Translations under genes and position numbers: made by a program
The notes under the pieces: generated by a model
The model's database searches: none
Seen by the model: only the letters and a program-made list of their open reading frames with translations
What the model was told of the DNA's origin: nothing
Part shown: positions 1-10,346 of the stretch, piece by piece
Layout: each line of letters starts with the position of its first letter
Numbering within the stretch: position 1 is the stretch's first letter
Source: a virus
Lineage: Duplodnaviria > Heunggongvirae > Uroviricota > Caudoviricetes
Virus record (IMG/VR): IMGVR_UViG_2711768004_000012
Length of the DNA stretch: 48,520 nt
Strand: one strand, 5' to 3'

Positions 1-212
1 CACAACATCCGAGGACAGCATCGTCCGCTGGCCCACAGAAGTCCGGAAAGTCATGGAAGGTCGTTGTTGGGAGGAGGTACAAATTCTCTCATGCAAAAAA
101 TACGTAAAATCGATAATAGCTGGAAATAATTCAATACATGCACTCTCGAAAGTGCATCAGCCAACCGCAGAACGTTATTGCATACAACGTTTCTGCGGCA
201 TAATCCCAATGA

Positions 213-797
213 TTACTCCCTGACAGGGTTCGTAGGCCACTCAATATCAGGTGCAGTTGACGTATCAACACGGTTCAGCAATACCCGATACTTTTTCCAT
301 GCTTCCAGCAACGAGATTTCTTCCTCCGTTGCAATTTCCAGATCTGCAGCATCCTGAAGCGGCGCAATATGCTCACTGGCTACCTGCATCAGGTTGTTTT
401 TTGTTTCTTCCGCCTCCCGGATCCGGAACAGTTTTTCTGCTTCCGTATCCTTCACCCAGGCTGTGCCGTTCCACTTCTGAAACTCCCCTTCCGGCGATAA
501 CCAGGTAACATTTTCCGGTAACGGACCGAGTTCAGAAATAAATAACGCGTCGCCGGAAGCCACGTCATAAACCGTTTTACCCCGATGATCTTCAACGAGA
601 TGCCACGATGACTCATCACTGTTGAAAACAGCCACGAAGCCAGCCGGAATATCTGGCGGTGCAATATCGGTACTGTTTGCTGGCAGACCTGTATGAGGCG
701 GAATATATGCATCACCTTCACCAATAAATTCATTAGTTCCGGCCAGCAGATTATAAATTTTTATGGTCCGTGGTTGTTCACTCATTCTGAATGCCAT
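213..797 (-). CDS. tfa: Tail fibre assembly protein (Tfa)
   Basis: 194 aa ORF starting [24 protein letters not shown], characteristic of lambdoid Tfa; immediately downstream of stf with ATGA 1-nt overlap. Confidence 0.85.
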   Translation of the reverse strand: MAFRMSEQPRTIKIYNLLAGTNEFIGEGDAYIPPHTGLPANSTDIAPPDIPAGFVAVFNSDESSWHLVEDHRGKTVYDVASGDALFISELGPLPENVTWLSPEGEFQKWNGTAWVKDTEAEKLFRIREAEETKNNLMQVASEHIAPLQDAADLEIATEEEISLLEAWKKYRVLLNRVDTSTAPDIEWPTNPVRE

Positions 798-3685
798 TAT
801 GCAAGCCTCACAATATAGTTAAATGCGATGTTTTTGACGGTGTTTTCCGCGTTACCAGCAGCGTTAACGGTGATGGTGTGTCCATGTGAACCAATCGCAA
901 CGGAGTGCGTATGAGCACCAATACCGACAGTATGCGCGTGTGCACCTGCAGATGCTGCTGTGCCGGACAGTGAATGGCTATGATTACCATCTATACTGGT
1001 ATTCGCTAACCACCCCGTAGACATACCTACTGAGCCTTGTACACCCCAGGTATTTTGACCTGAGCTTGTATAACCATATTGATAAGTATCTTTAAAAACA
1101 CTGGGGTTAAATCGACGGCCATCTCTATGGCTGTGATTACCAGCTGCATTCGTGCTGCCACTTAAACTATGGGTATGCGCACCAGTGTTATTCGTGGATT
1201 TAGTGCCGTAATCAAACGACGATGTGGTTTTCGTCCCCAAATCCGTACTGGATGCGCTGGCGCTGTGGGTATGCGATTTAATGCCGTCCTGTTCCTGAGA
1301 CAATACGGCCCGACCACTGGCAGGTTTGCCCTTAATCGTCCAGCCACGCATATCAGGGATCACGCCTGACGGATAAGCCGCTGCAAGTTTCGGGTATGCA
1401 GATTTGTCAAAAGCCTGCCCCTGCATCAGGGCATAGCCAGACGGAACGGTATCTGATGGCCACGGGATTGGTGCGCCAGGCGGATAAAACTGCTCTGATG
1501 GCGTATAGAGTGAATAAACTGTACCGTCCGTTAACCCTTCCGGCTTATTAGCAGAATATGCTGGTGACGTATGAATCGTCACGCTGGCATTACTGGTATA
1601 ATCCCATTGAATATTTACACCAGTCGCATAATTTCCGATTGCAACGTAAATATCGTAAGTATCACCAGATGTATTAACCCAGGCAAAATTTGTAAACCCT
1701 GTCAATGTGCGCTGCCATAAAGCACCAGTAATCCCCTTCGGATTACCATTACCTGCACGTAAAACAAGTTCAGATATACCTGCCTGTTGAGGTGACCCCA
1801 CGTTAAATCCAGCGCCACCAATCAACGTAATTGAAACAACAGAACTCGCCTGTGGCATGGTTACCGTTGCTAATTTGAACCAACCAGCACCACCGCTGAA
1901 TGACATTGTTGTTGAGTTAAGCGTACCAATATCTTTCGGCGTCAGTGTTATATCCGCTGAAAGCGCCTTACCATTCACCTTACGGGCAGAAGGTACCCGA
2001 CCATTCGCATTGTCATTAGCTGCTTTCACTGCTTTCGGTGTCGCAGCAAGCGTTTCAGATGTGCTGTTGGTTGCACTACTGAGCTGGACAATTCCTTTTT
2101 GTGCTGTCGTAGCGTCCTGTGCGGTGTATTTCCCGTTAGCCAGGTCATACGCGGCCTTAACGGCTTTTGGCGTTGCCGCCTGTGACTCGGAAGTGCTGTT
2201 AGTCGCACTGCTGAGCTGAACTATCCCTTTCTGTGCTGTCGTTGCATCCTGTGCGGTGTATTTCCCGTTAGCCAGGTCATACGCGGCCTTAGCTGTCTCG
2301 GCGCGCGTTGCCGCGGATTCCGCCGTACTTTTGCTCTGTGCTGCCGCTGCCGCACTGCCAGCAGCCTCTGTCGCCTTCGTGGATGCCGTCGTGGCGCTGC
2401 CCCTCGCTGCTGACGCCTGTCTGGTCGCCTCATCTTTTGAAGCAGACGCAGATGATGCCGATGACGCCGCCGAACTGGCGGACGATGCGGCAGCCGTTTT
2501 TGAGGATTCTGCGCTGGTTTCCGACGCTTTCGCGTTCGTTTCGGATGTCTTCGCTGCGGAAGCAGACCTCGCTGCTGCGCTGGCCTGTTCAGTGGCTTCG
2601 CCAGCCTTCGTTGTGGCTGTTGAAGCGGATGATGCGGCGCTTTCTGCCGATTTTCCGGCGGCGGTGGCACTGACTGCTGCCTCCTCTGCCTTAATGGACG
2701 CCTCACGGGCCGATGATGCAGCTGCTGTCTCAGAGTCTGCCGCAGCTGAGGCGCTCTGTTCCGCTGCCGTTTCAGAAGACTTAGCATTCGTCTCGGACGT
2801 TTTTGCCGCCTTCACGGAATTTCCTGCCGCCGTTGCCGAGGAGGCTGCACTGCTGGCGCTTGTGGAGGCGTTCGTTTCTGATGATTTTGCCGCCTCTTTG
2901 GAGGCCGCCGCATCTCTGGCTGAAGTGGCGGCTTCTGACGCTTTCGTTGTCGCNNNNNNNNNNNNNNNNNNNNNNNNNNNNNNNNNNNNNNNNNNNNNNN
3001 NNNNNNNNNNNNNNNNNNNNNNNNNNNNNNNNNNNNNNNNNNNNNNNNNNNNNNNNNNNNNNNNNNNNNNNNNNNNNNNNNNNNNNNNNNNNNNNNNNNN
3101 NNNNNNNNNNNNNNNNNNNNNNNNNNNNNNNNNNNNNNNNNNNNNNNNNNNNNNNNNNNNNNNNNNNNNNNNNNNNNNNNNNNNNNNNNNNNNNNNNNNN
3201 NNNNNNNNNNNNNNNNNNNNNNNNNNNNNNNNNNNNNNNNNNNNNNNNNNNNNNNNNNNNNNNNNNNCAGATGTGCCGGCATCACTGGCTGACTTCTTCG
3301 CGGCTGCCGTGTTCTGTGCCACCGCGGACGCGTTACGCGCCACCTCTTCCACCATCAGTTCAAAACGGCGCAGAGCCTCCGGACGGGCATCATCCTCCGT
3401 CATGGCACCGAGAAAATCATTCAGCGTACCGGGTCGGGAATCTTCATACACAGTGATGGTCCCGGCATGTGACGGCGGGAATCCTTCCACCAACAGAATA
3501 ACGCTGTACTGACCGTACTCAACGTCCATGCTGTAACGCCCGGCTTCATCCGGATTTTCTGAGGCCAGCGTGTTCACCACCACCGTGGTGCTGTTACGTT
3601 TTGCTTTCAGCTGGATTGTGCAGTTCTGTACCGGTTTTCCTGTGCCGTCTTTCAGTACACCTGAAATCTTTACTGCCATATTCAC
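797..3685 (-). CDS. stf: Side tail fibre protein (Stf-like); interrupted by N run 2954-3267
   Basis: 962 aa ORF; N-terminus [29 protein letters not shown] resembles lambda Stf; long Ala/Ser/Thr-rich central region; C-terminal His/Gly-rich receptor-binding region; followed by tfa. Confidence 0.8.
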   Translation of the reverse strand: MNMAVKISGVLKDGTGKPVQNCTIQLKAKRNSTTVVVNTLASENPDEAGRYSMDVEYGQYSVILLVEGFPPSHAGTITVYEDSRPGTLNDFLGAMTEDDARPEALRRFELMVEEVARNASAVAQNTAAAKKSASDAGTSXXXXXXXXXXXXXXXXXXXXXXXXXXXXXXXXXXXXXXXXXXXXXXXXXXXXXXXXXXXXXXXXXXXXXXXXXXXXXXXXXXXXXXXXXXXXXXXXXXXXXXXXXATTKASEAATSARDAAASKEAAKSSETNASTSASSAASSATAAGNSVKAAKTSETNAKSSETAAEQSASAAADSETAAASSAREASIKAEEAAVSATAAGKSAESAASSASTATTKAGEATEQASAAARSASAAKTSETNAKASETSAESSKTAAASSASSAASSASSASASKDEATRQASAARGSATTASTKATEAAGSAAAAAQSKSTAESAATRAETAKAAYDLANGKYTAQDATTAQKGIVQLSSATNSTSESQAATPKAVKAAYDLANGKYTAQDATTAQKGIVQLSSATNSTSETLAATPKAVKAANDNANGRVPSARKVNGKALSADITLTPKDIGTLNSTTMSFSGGAGWFKLATVTMPQASSVVSITLIGGAGFNVGSPQQAGISELVLRAGNGNPKGITGALWQRTLTGFTNFAWVNTSGDTYDIYVAIGNYATGVNIQWDYTSNASVTIHTSPAYSANKPEGLTDGTVYSLYTPSEQFYPPGAPIPWPSDTVPSGYALMQGQAFDKSAYPKLAAAYPSGVIPDMRGWTIKGKPASGRAVLSQEQDGIKSHTHSASASSTDLGTKTTSSFDYGTKSTNNTGAHTHSLSGSTNAAGNHSHRDGRRFNPSVFKDTYQYGYTSSGQNTWGVQGSVGMSTGWLANTSIDGNHSHSLSGTAASAGAHAHTVGIGAHTHSVAIGSHGHTITVNAAGNAENTVKNIAFNYIVRLA
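2040..2300. repeat. Direct tandem repeat inside stf, period about 132 nt (2 copies), encoding a duplicated ~44 aa block
   Basis: Nearly identical DNA, e.g. gtgctgtt...cccgttagccaggtcatacgcggcctta at 2061-2160 and again 132 nt later; protein shows [35 protein letters not shown] twice. Confidence 0.8.
2954..3267. other. Run of N (masked/undetermined, 314 nt) inside stf
   Basis: Literal n characters in the sequence. Confidence 1.
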
Positions 3686-3690
3686 CCCAC

Positions 3691-3717
3691 AAAAAAGCCC
3701 GCCTGAACCGGCGGGCT
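3691..3717 (-). terminator. Candidate intrinsic terminator between lom and stf (minus-strand sense)
   Basis: On the minus strand: stem agcccgcc / ggcgggct with 6-nt loop followed by TTTTTT; lies just after the lom stop. Confidence 0.6.
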
Positions 3718-3743
3718 GTCATAACACTGTGTTACCTGGCTAA

Positions 3744-3908
3744 TCAGAATTTATAACCGACACCCACGATGAAACCGTCAGTGCGCCAGTCGCCACTGCC
3801 GGAGCCTTCATAAGCAATATCAATGGCCACGGATTCGGTCGGGTTAAACTGCACGCCAGCTCCCCACGCCAGAGACGTGTTGCTGTGGCGACCGTCATCA
3901 CTTCCGGT
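3744..3908 (-). CDS. lom: Lom/Ail/PagC-family outer membrane protein, 3' end only (5' part lost in N run)
   Basis: Reverse translation of 3744-3908 gives ...TGSDDGRHSNTSLAWGAGVQFNPTESVAIDIAYEGSGSGDWRTDGFIVGVGYKF-stop, a beta-barrel C-terminus ending in Phe like lambda Lom; position between J and stf matches lambda. Confidence 0.7.
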   Translation of the reverse strand, partial: TGSDDGRHSNTSLAWGAGVQFNPTESVAIDIAYEGSGSGDWRTDGFIVGVGYKF

Positions 3909-4491
3909 NNNNNNNNNNNNNNNNNNNNNNNNNNNNNNNNNNNNNNNNNNNNNNNNNNNNNNNNNNNNNNNNNNNNNNNNNNNNNNNNNNNNNNNNNNNN
4001 NNNNNNNNNNNNNNNNNNNNNNNNNNNNNNNNNNNNNNNNNNNNNNNNNNNNNNNNNNNNNNNNNNNNNNNNNNNNNNNNNNNNNNNNNNNNNNNNNNNN
4101 NNNNNNNNNNNNNNNNNNNNNNNNNNNNNNNNNNNNNNNNNNNNNNNNNNNNNNNNNNNNNNNNNNNNNNNNNNNNNNNNNNNNNNNNNNNNNNNNNNNN
4201 NNNNNNNNNNNNNNNNNNNNNNNNNNNNNNNNNNNNNNNNNNNNNNNNNNNNNNNNNNNNNNNNNNNNNNNNNNNNNNNNNNNNNNNNNNNNNNNNNNNN
4301 NNNNNNNNNNNNNNNNNNNNNNNNNNNNNNNNNNNNNNNNNNNNNNNNNNNNNNNNNNNNNNNNNNNNNNNNNNNNNNNNNNNNNNNNNNNNNNNNNNNN
4401 NNNNNNNNNNNNNNNNNNNNNNNNNNNNNNNNNNNNNNNNNNNNNNNNNNNNNNNNNNNNNNNNNNNNNNNNNNNNNNNNNNNNNNNNNNN
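3909..4491. other. Run of N (583 nt) covering the J 3' end and lom 5' end
   Basis: Literal n characters. Confidence 1.
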
Positions 4492-7400
4492 TTTTGGTCA
4501 CAATCACCGTACAGTCGGTGATATTGCCTGCCCCCTGATTGCCTTTCTGGAAAATCTTAAACTCCAGAGTGACGCTACCACCACCACTAGGCATATCAAT
4601 AACTGCACTGTAACTACCGGGAATGGCCCCTTTAGTTTCTCTGGATGCGATTAATACGCCGTTTTTGCGAACTTCAAAACCATAACCCGTGTATCGCGTG
4701 CCTCCTGGGTTATTTCCGCTCCCCGGATCGTCATACGCTATACCGTTAAAAATAATGGGCGGAATAATAATCTGGCGGTCAAAGTTATGATCATCGCTGA
4801 TGGTGACTGTAACCGTACCGTCTGGTGTTTCCGTGTTACCCCACGTACCGACTTTTTTCGGGAAGGCTTTTGATACAGCTTTAACGAAATCCCCTCTGAC
4901 CTGGGTCGCCTCCAGCATGCCCTTAATCGTACAGTTCTGGTTAATCGTGACATTGTTGAGCGTTCCTGAGTTCGCATTCACACTACCACTGATATCCGCA
5001 TTTTTAGCGGTCAGCTTTCCGTCTGATGTCAGGGAAAATACCGGAGGACTGCCACCGCTGGTAATGGCGGGGGCTGTCAGGCGCTTCAGGAACACGTCGT
5101 TCATGAATATCTGGTTGCCCTGCGCCACAAACATCGGCGTTTCATTCCCGTTTGCCGGGTCAATAAACGCGATACGATTGGCGGCAACCAGAAACTGGCT
5201 CAGCTTGCCTTCCTCCGTGTCCTCCATGCTGAGGCCAATACCCGCGACATAATGTTTGCCGTCTTTGGTCTGCTCAATTTTGACGCCCCACATCGCATTC
5301 CATTTATCGTTAGCGTCCTTCCACTCTTTCGAAAACTCATCCAGTCTGCTGGCGTTATCCTCCGTCAGATCAACTTTTTCCAGCAGCTCTTTACCGAGAT
5401 GGGATTCGGTTATCTTGCCTTTGAAAAAATCCAGGTAACCTTCCGCATCATCGCTCGCCCGACCGACGGCCTCCACGAATGCCGATTTGCCAACGGTGTT
5501 CACACTGCGGATATAAAAGTAATAATCATGGCCCGGTTTGATATTGATACTGGCGGCTATCCAGTACAGCCCCGCGCCAAGGTAGCGGGCTGTGGTTTCA
5601 ACCTGCCTGATATCGGTAATCCGCGTTTCCGAGAACCAGAACTCAAACTGTACCGTCGGATCATAAACCGCAAGATGCGGCGTGGCAGTTATCTGAAAAT
5701 AGCCCGGCGTCAGCTCAATCCGCGACGGTGCTACCGGTGCGGCAATCCTGAACGATACCGACGCCGGATCGCCCTGCTGTCCCCAGGCATTTACCGCCCG
5801 GACTGTCAGCGTGTACCGTCCCAGCGCCAGTTGCGTGAAGCGGTATGTGGTTTCCGTCGTCCGGGCCGTGCTGACCAGCCGCTCACTGCCGTCATCCGCT
5901 GCCACGGTCAGGCGAAGCATAAAGCTCACCCCCTTCACCACCTTCGGCGTGTCCCAGCGCGCCAGCACCTGATATTCCCCGCTGTCTGCGGTGACTTCGG
6001 CAGTCAGGTGCTGCACCGCTGGCGGCGTGACACCATTCACCGTGCCGCTCTGGTCGCCGTCAAAGTGCGCCCCGTTATCCACGATGGCTTCTTTTTCCGG
6101 TACATGCTGCACGGCAGTGATGGCATACGTGCCGTCATCGTTCTCACGGATACTCACACAGCGGAACAGGCGCTGGCGCAACGTCGGCAGCTTCAGCCCC
6201 CACACGCTGTATTCAGCAACGCCGTCAGGAACACGGCTCACTTTCACCTTCACGCCGTCGGTGACGGACTGAACCTCCACGCTGACCGGATTGCCACTTC
6301 CGTCAACCAGGCTTATCAGCATGGTACCGGAGGATGGCAGCGTGATTTCACGGTCGAGCGTCAGCGTCCGGGTCTGGCTGTTTACCGCCAGCACGCGCCC
6401 GCCGATGCTGATACCCGCATAGTCATCATCACAGATTTCAATGACATCGCCCGGCACATGGCGAAGCCCTTCTGCGCCCACGCTGAAGTCCACGGTCTGC
6501 GTTTCCAGCAGTTCTGTTTTAATCAGCCACAGCCCGGCGCGGTGTGCCTGCCCCCGGCTGGTACAGCCAAAAGCATCCATCTTCGTGACGTTACGACCGT
6601 AACGGGCAATGGCCTGCGTATCCTCCACAAGCTCTGTCGCCGTCTCCCAGCCGTTATCCGGGTCAATCCAGTTCACCTCAACGGCATTATGGCGGTCNNN
6701 NNNNNNNNNNNNNNNNNNNNNNNNNNNNNNNNNNNNNNNNNNNNNNNNNNNNNNNNNNNNNNNNNNNNNNNNNNNNNNNNNNNNNNNNNNNNNNNNNNNN
6801 NNNNNNNNNNNNNNNNNNNNNNNNNNNNNNNNNNNNNNNNNNNNNNNNNNNNNNNNNNNNNNNNNNNNNNNNNNNNNNNNNNNNNNNNNNNNNNNNNNNN
6901 NNNNNNNNNNNNNNNNNNNNNNNNNNNNNNNNNNNNNNNNNNNNNNNNNNNNNNNNNNNNNNNNNNNNNNNNNNNNNNNNNNNNNNNNNNNNNNNNNNNN
7001 NNNNNNNNNNNNNNNNNNNNNNNNNNNNNNNNNNNNNNNNNNNNNNNNNNNNNNNNNNNNNNNNNNNNNNNNNACACCAGGCCATGTTGTTGCTGTATGC
7101 TGGTTTTAACGTTCCGTCCCAGATACCGCTGTATTGTCGCGTCTGCGGGTTATAGTTCGACGGCACCTGCAGAATGCGCCCGCGAAGATGATAATTACGA
7201 CTCACCTGCTGGCTGCCGAACTGCTCCGAGTCCACCTGTACGCCGACCAGTGCAGTGTTCGGGTAGCACTGTTTCACATCGATGATTTCGGTGTATGACG
7301 ACCAGAGCGTTTTGTTCTGCAGCTGGTCTGTGGTGCTGTCCGGTGTCATCCTGCGCATCCGGATACTGAACGGGCGCGGAGGCAGGTTATCCACCACCAC

Positions 7401-7898
7401 CGAGACCAGATACTGCGAGGTGGTTTTGCCCTTAATGGTGATGTCTTTTTCCGTCACCCAGCCACCGTTACGCTGTATCTGAACCAGCAGGCGGACTTCC
7501 GACGGATTCCTGTCTCCCTTTGAGGTGGTTTCCACCAGTGCCTGTACACCGAAGGTAAAGCGCAGACGGTCGATGTTTGCCGACGTGATGGTCCGGGTGA
7601 TCGGCGTGTCATATTTCACTTCCGTACCCAGCACCGTCTCGGAGCCGGAGGATTCAAACCCCTCCGGCGGTGACTGCTCCTGCTCACCTGCCCGGAACAC
7701 CACCGTGACGCCGGAGATGTTGGTATTCCCCTCATTGTCCAGCACCGGCGTACTGTTCAGCAGCACGCTTTTTAATCCATCCACCGGACCTTCAACCGGC
7801 CCTTCACTGATGGCATCGATCACACTCAGCAGCTGCGTGGACTTCAGGTTGTCCTTCGCTTCGCGCGGGGTATGCCCCTTACTGCTGCCTTTACCCAT
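4492..7898 (-). CDS. J: Host specificity / central tail fibre protein J (3' end in N run; also interrupted by N run 6698-7073)
   Basis: N-terminus [34 protein letters not shown] matches lambda J; large continuous ORF across the region in two frames separated by a frame-breaking N run. Confidence 0.85.
6698..7073. other. Run of N (376 nt) inside J
   Basis: Literal n characters; length is not a multiple of 3, so the frame is not preserved. Confidence 1.
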
Positions 7899-7958
7899 TC
7901 CTCACGCTCCATAAACGACAAAACCGCCCGCAGGCGGTTTCTCATAAAACATTTTGCA

Positions 7959-8567
7959 TCAGCGACCAATCACCACAACCTGACCACCATCCCCTTCGTC
8001 TGCCGTGCTGATCTCCTGAGAAACCACACGTGACCCCACGCGCATTTCCCCGTACAGAACAGGCAGAACATTACCCTGGGCAACCATGTTATCCAGTGAC
8101 GAGAAATACGTGTTCTGTTTGCCGTTATCTGTACTGGCTGCCGTGGGCGTCCTGGCTTTCGGTGCCAGCATCTGCGCCACACCACCCAGGATCATACTGG
8201 CCCCTGCTGCATACATACCCGATACAGCCGCGGCCCCCAGCCAGCCCACAGGGTTCCACCATGCCACCGCAATCAGCGCCGCACCCAGCACCGCCTGAAA
8301 CACACCGCCACTTTTGGCACCCGCCAGACGCGGAACGATGTGGATCACGGCACCATTTGCCAGCGGTTCATTAAGACGGGCAGATAATTCATTTTCGCCT
8401 GCATCACGCCCGGCAATGCGCACCTGATACCAGCCGTCGCTCAGTTTCTGACGAAATGCCGGGAGCTGTGTGGCCAGTGCCCGGATGGCTTCGGCCCCCG
8501 TTTTCACACGAAGGTCGATGCGGCGGCCAAATCGCTGCAAATCCCCGTAAAGGCAGATGCGTGCCAT
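7959..8567 (-). CDS. I: Tail assembly protein I
   Basis: 202 aa ORF MARICLYGDLQRFGRRIDLRVKTGAEAIRALATQ..., Gly/Ala-rich hydrophobic C-terminal half, located between K and J as in lambda. Confidence 0.8.
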   Translation of the reverse strand: MARICLYGDLQRFGRRIDLRVKTGAEAIRALATQLPAFRQKLSDGWYQVRIAGRDAGENELSARLNEPLANGAVIHIVPRLAGAKSGGVFQAVLGAALIAVAWWNPVGWLGAAAVSGMYAAGASMILGGVAQMLAPKARTPTAASTDNGKQNTYFSSLDNMVAQGNVLPVLYGEMRVGSRVVSQEISTADEGDGGQVVVIGR

Positions 8568-8590
8568 GCCCGGTGACGCCAGAGGGAGTG

Positions 8591-8678
8591 NNNNNNNNNN
8601 NNNNNNNNNNNNNNNNNNNNNNNNNNNNNNNNNNNNNNNNNNNNNNNNNNNNNNNNNNNNNNNNNNNNNNNNNNNNNN
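8591..8678. other. Run of N (88 nt) at the K/I junction
   Basis: Literal n characters. Confidence 1.
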
Positions 8679-9304
8679 TCTCGTTTACTCAGTTGTTCAG
8701 GAATATGGTGCAGCAGCTCGCCGTCACCACAGTAAATGGCGGCATGATTCGGCACCGATGAACCAAAACAGCACAGCAGCACATCGCCCGGCTGCGCCGT
8801 TGACAACGGCACCTGATACAGCCCTGTAGCCTCCAGATTATCCAGATAGAGATTCTGACCATTACGCCACCAGTCGTCCTCACGATGAAAATCTGGCATC
8901 TCAATTCCCGCCAGATGGTAAGCGTCCCGGAACAGCGTGTAACAGTCCGTCACCCCGTGCTCAAAGCGCCGCCCGGTGAGATGCGGCACACAGCGGAACT
9001 TGTGAATCGCCCCGCGGCAGACCAGCCACCACGACAAATCACTCTGCACCTGCAGCCGCCGGTCGGCCTCACTCAGCCAGGGCAGACCACCGGGGTGGCT
9101 GTGGACCAGCGCCACAATCTCACCCTGCATCTCTGCCTGCAGCCAGTCCTCCGGAGCCATCCGGAAATACTCCTCCGGCTCACCGGAGATATTCACGCAG
9201 GGAAAATATCTTTCCCCCTCCGGTGTTCTCACCACGAAGCCGCACGACTCCGCTGGCGCACATCGCCGGGCGTGCGCCAGAATCGCTGATTCTGTCTGTG
9301 TCAT
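8679..9304 (-). CDS. K: Tail assembly protein K (JAB/MPN + NlpC/P60-like); 3' end in N run
   Basis: MTQTESAILAHARRCAPAESCGFVV...ALVHSHPGG (MPN-like HSHP motif) followed by a Cys-containing C-terminal domain ...VTDCYTLFRDAYH...; lambda K-like; sits between L and I. Confidence 0.8.
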
Positions 9305-9309
9305 GGGAT

Positions 9310-10008
9310 TTACTGCGAAAGTTTGTTAATGGAAAGGAAGCCGCCAAAGTTGCCGACGTTATTGCGGAACTTACAACCGCTCAGGCATTTGCTGCATTTA
9401 TCCTTCGTGATATCGGACGTTGGCTGGTCATATTCATCCGCGACAGCCGGACCGTGATAACCGCACTCATCACCGCGATAGGTCCAGGTGCAGGTATTAG
9501 CAAGCATGATGCGCCCCGGAAAAACAGCGCCGTCCGTTTCCGTCGGCGTGGACAGTACAAAGGAGGCACTGACCGCGCTCAGTTCGCTGCACTGCTCAAT
9601 ACGCCAGCGGCTGATCACCTCCTGCTCCGGATCGGCGTCACTGTTTCCGTTGACGAAGTTCACCGCATCCAGAAAACGGGCGTAAACCTTACGCCTGACC
9701 ACCGTTCCGCCGACCAGACTCTGCAGGTCTTCCGCCATCCCGGTGACCATGCCGTGCAGATTAGAGACTTTCAGCGTTGGCCTTGCACTGGCACCTTTGC
9801 CGTTCATCTCAAATCCACTCCCCTGAATGGGATAGGCCTGATACTGCCGACTCTGCCAGGTGACAGACTCTCCTTTCTCGTTCTGCTCATTGCAGAAAAA
9901 GTAGCGATCCCCGCCTACCTCGGTCAGGTCGATTTCCCAGAGCACCACGCTGGCCGACTGCTCCGCACGAATGCATTCATTCAGCGTTTCCTGTTGTATG
10001 TCCTGCAT
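9310..10008 (-). CDS. L: Minor tail protein L
   Basis: 232 aa [36 protein letters not shown]..., lambda L-like, with C-terminal Cys cluster; located between M and K. Confidence 0.85.
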   Translation of the reverse strand: MQDIQQETLNECIRAEQSASVVLWEIDLTEVGGDRYFFCNEQNEKGESVTWQSRQYQAYPIQGSGFEMNGKGASARPTLKVSNLHGMVTGMAEDLQSLVGGTVVRRKVYARFLDAVNFVNGNSDADPEQEVISRWRIEQCSELSAVSASFVLSTPTETDGAVFPGRIMLANTCTWTYRGDECGYHGPAVADEYDQPTSDITKDKCSKCLSGCKFRNNVGNFGGFLSINKLSQ

Positions 10009-10346
10009 CAGATCACCACTTCGTCAAACTGACACGAAAAATCGGTATAGGTGATATGTTCTGTCGCTGACCACGTTCGACACACCACTCTGATTTTTCT
10101 GTTAATACCCGGCGGGCGCCAAAAAAAAGATTTATAGCCTTCATGCCGGGCTAAAAATTTTTCAAATGAATCACGTTCATTCGCCTCAACTTTGAAATCA
10201 CAGGTGAAAACGCGCAGAGAATGATTAAGTCCATTTGGACTTCGTTGCTCATAACCATCACCAAATCTTACAGTTTTTATCGATGGTTTATTTTCTGTTT
10301 TCATTCCATCCTCTGGTAACCAGTGAAATTCTTCCGTATTAGCCAC
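10008..10346 (-). CDS. M: Minor tail protein M
   Basis: 112 aa ORF containing [16 protein letters not shown]...KSFFWRPP, resembling lambda M; ATGA overlap with L. Confidence 0.75.
   Translation of the reverse strand: MANTEEFHWLPEDGMKTENKPSIKTVRFGDGYEQRSPNGLNHSLRVFTCDFKVEANERDSFEKFLARHEGYKSFFWRPPGINRKIRVVCRTWSATEHITYTDFSCQFDEVVI

Noticed and set aside
2221-3512. Long ORFs in alternative frames/strand over the stf repeat region (Arg/Pro-rich 188 aa minus-strand ORF 2221-2787; Ala-rich 418 aa plus-strand ORF 2256-3512; 2308-2673; 2803-3456; 2812-3285)
   Set aside because: They lie entirely within the stf coding region in other frames, have extreme low-complexity composition and several consist largely of translated N; they are by-products of the GC-rich repetitive stf sequence.
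3823-7285. Plus-strand ORFs antisense to J and lom (3823-4521, 3885-4538, 4800-5252, 5252-7285 at 677 aa, 5991-6272, 6609-7109)
   Set aside because: Antisense to a well-supported J gene, partly made of translated N runs, with no RBS context; typical spurious ORFs opposite GC-rich genes.
8885-10032. Plus-strand ORFs antisense to K and L (8885-9289, 9223-10032) and minus ORFs within I (7970-8185)
   Set aside because: Overlap stronger same-locus genes with clear phage homology; no independent support.
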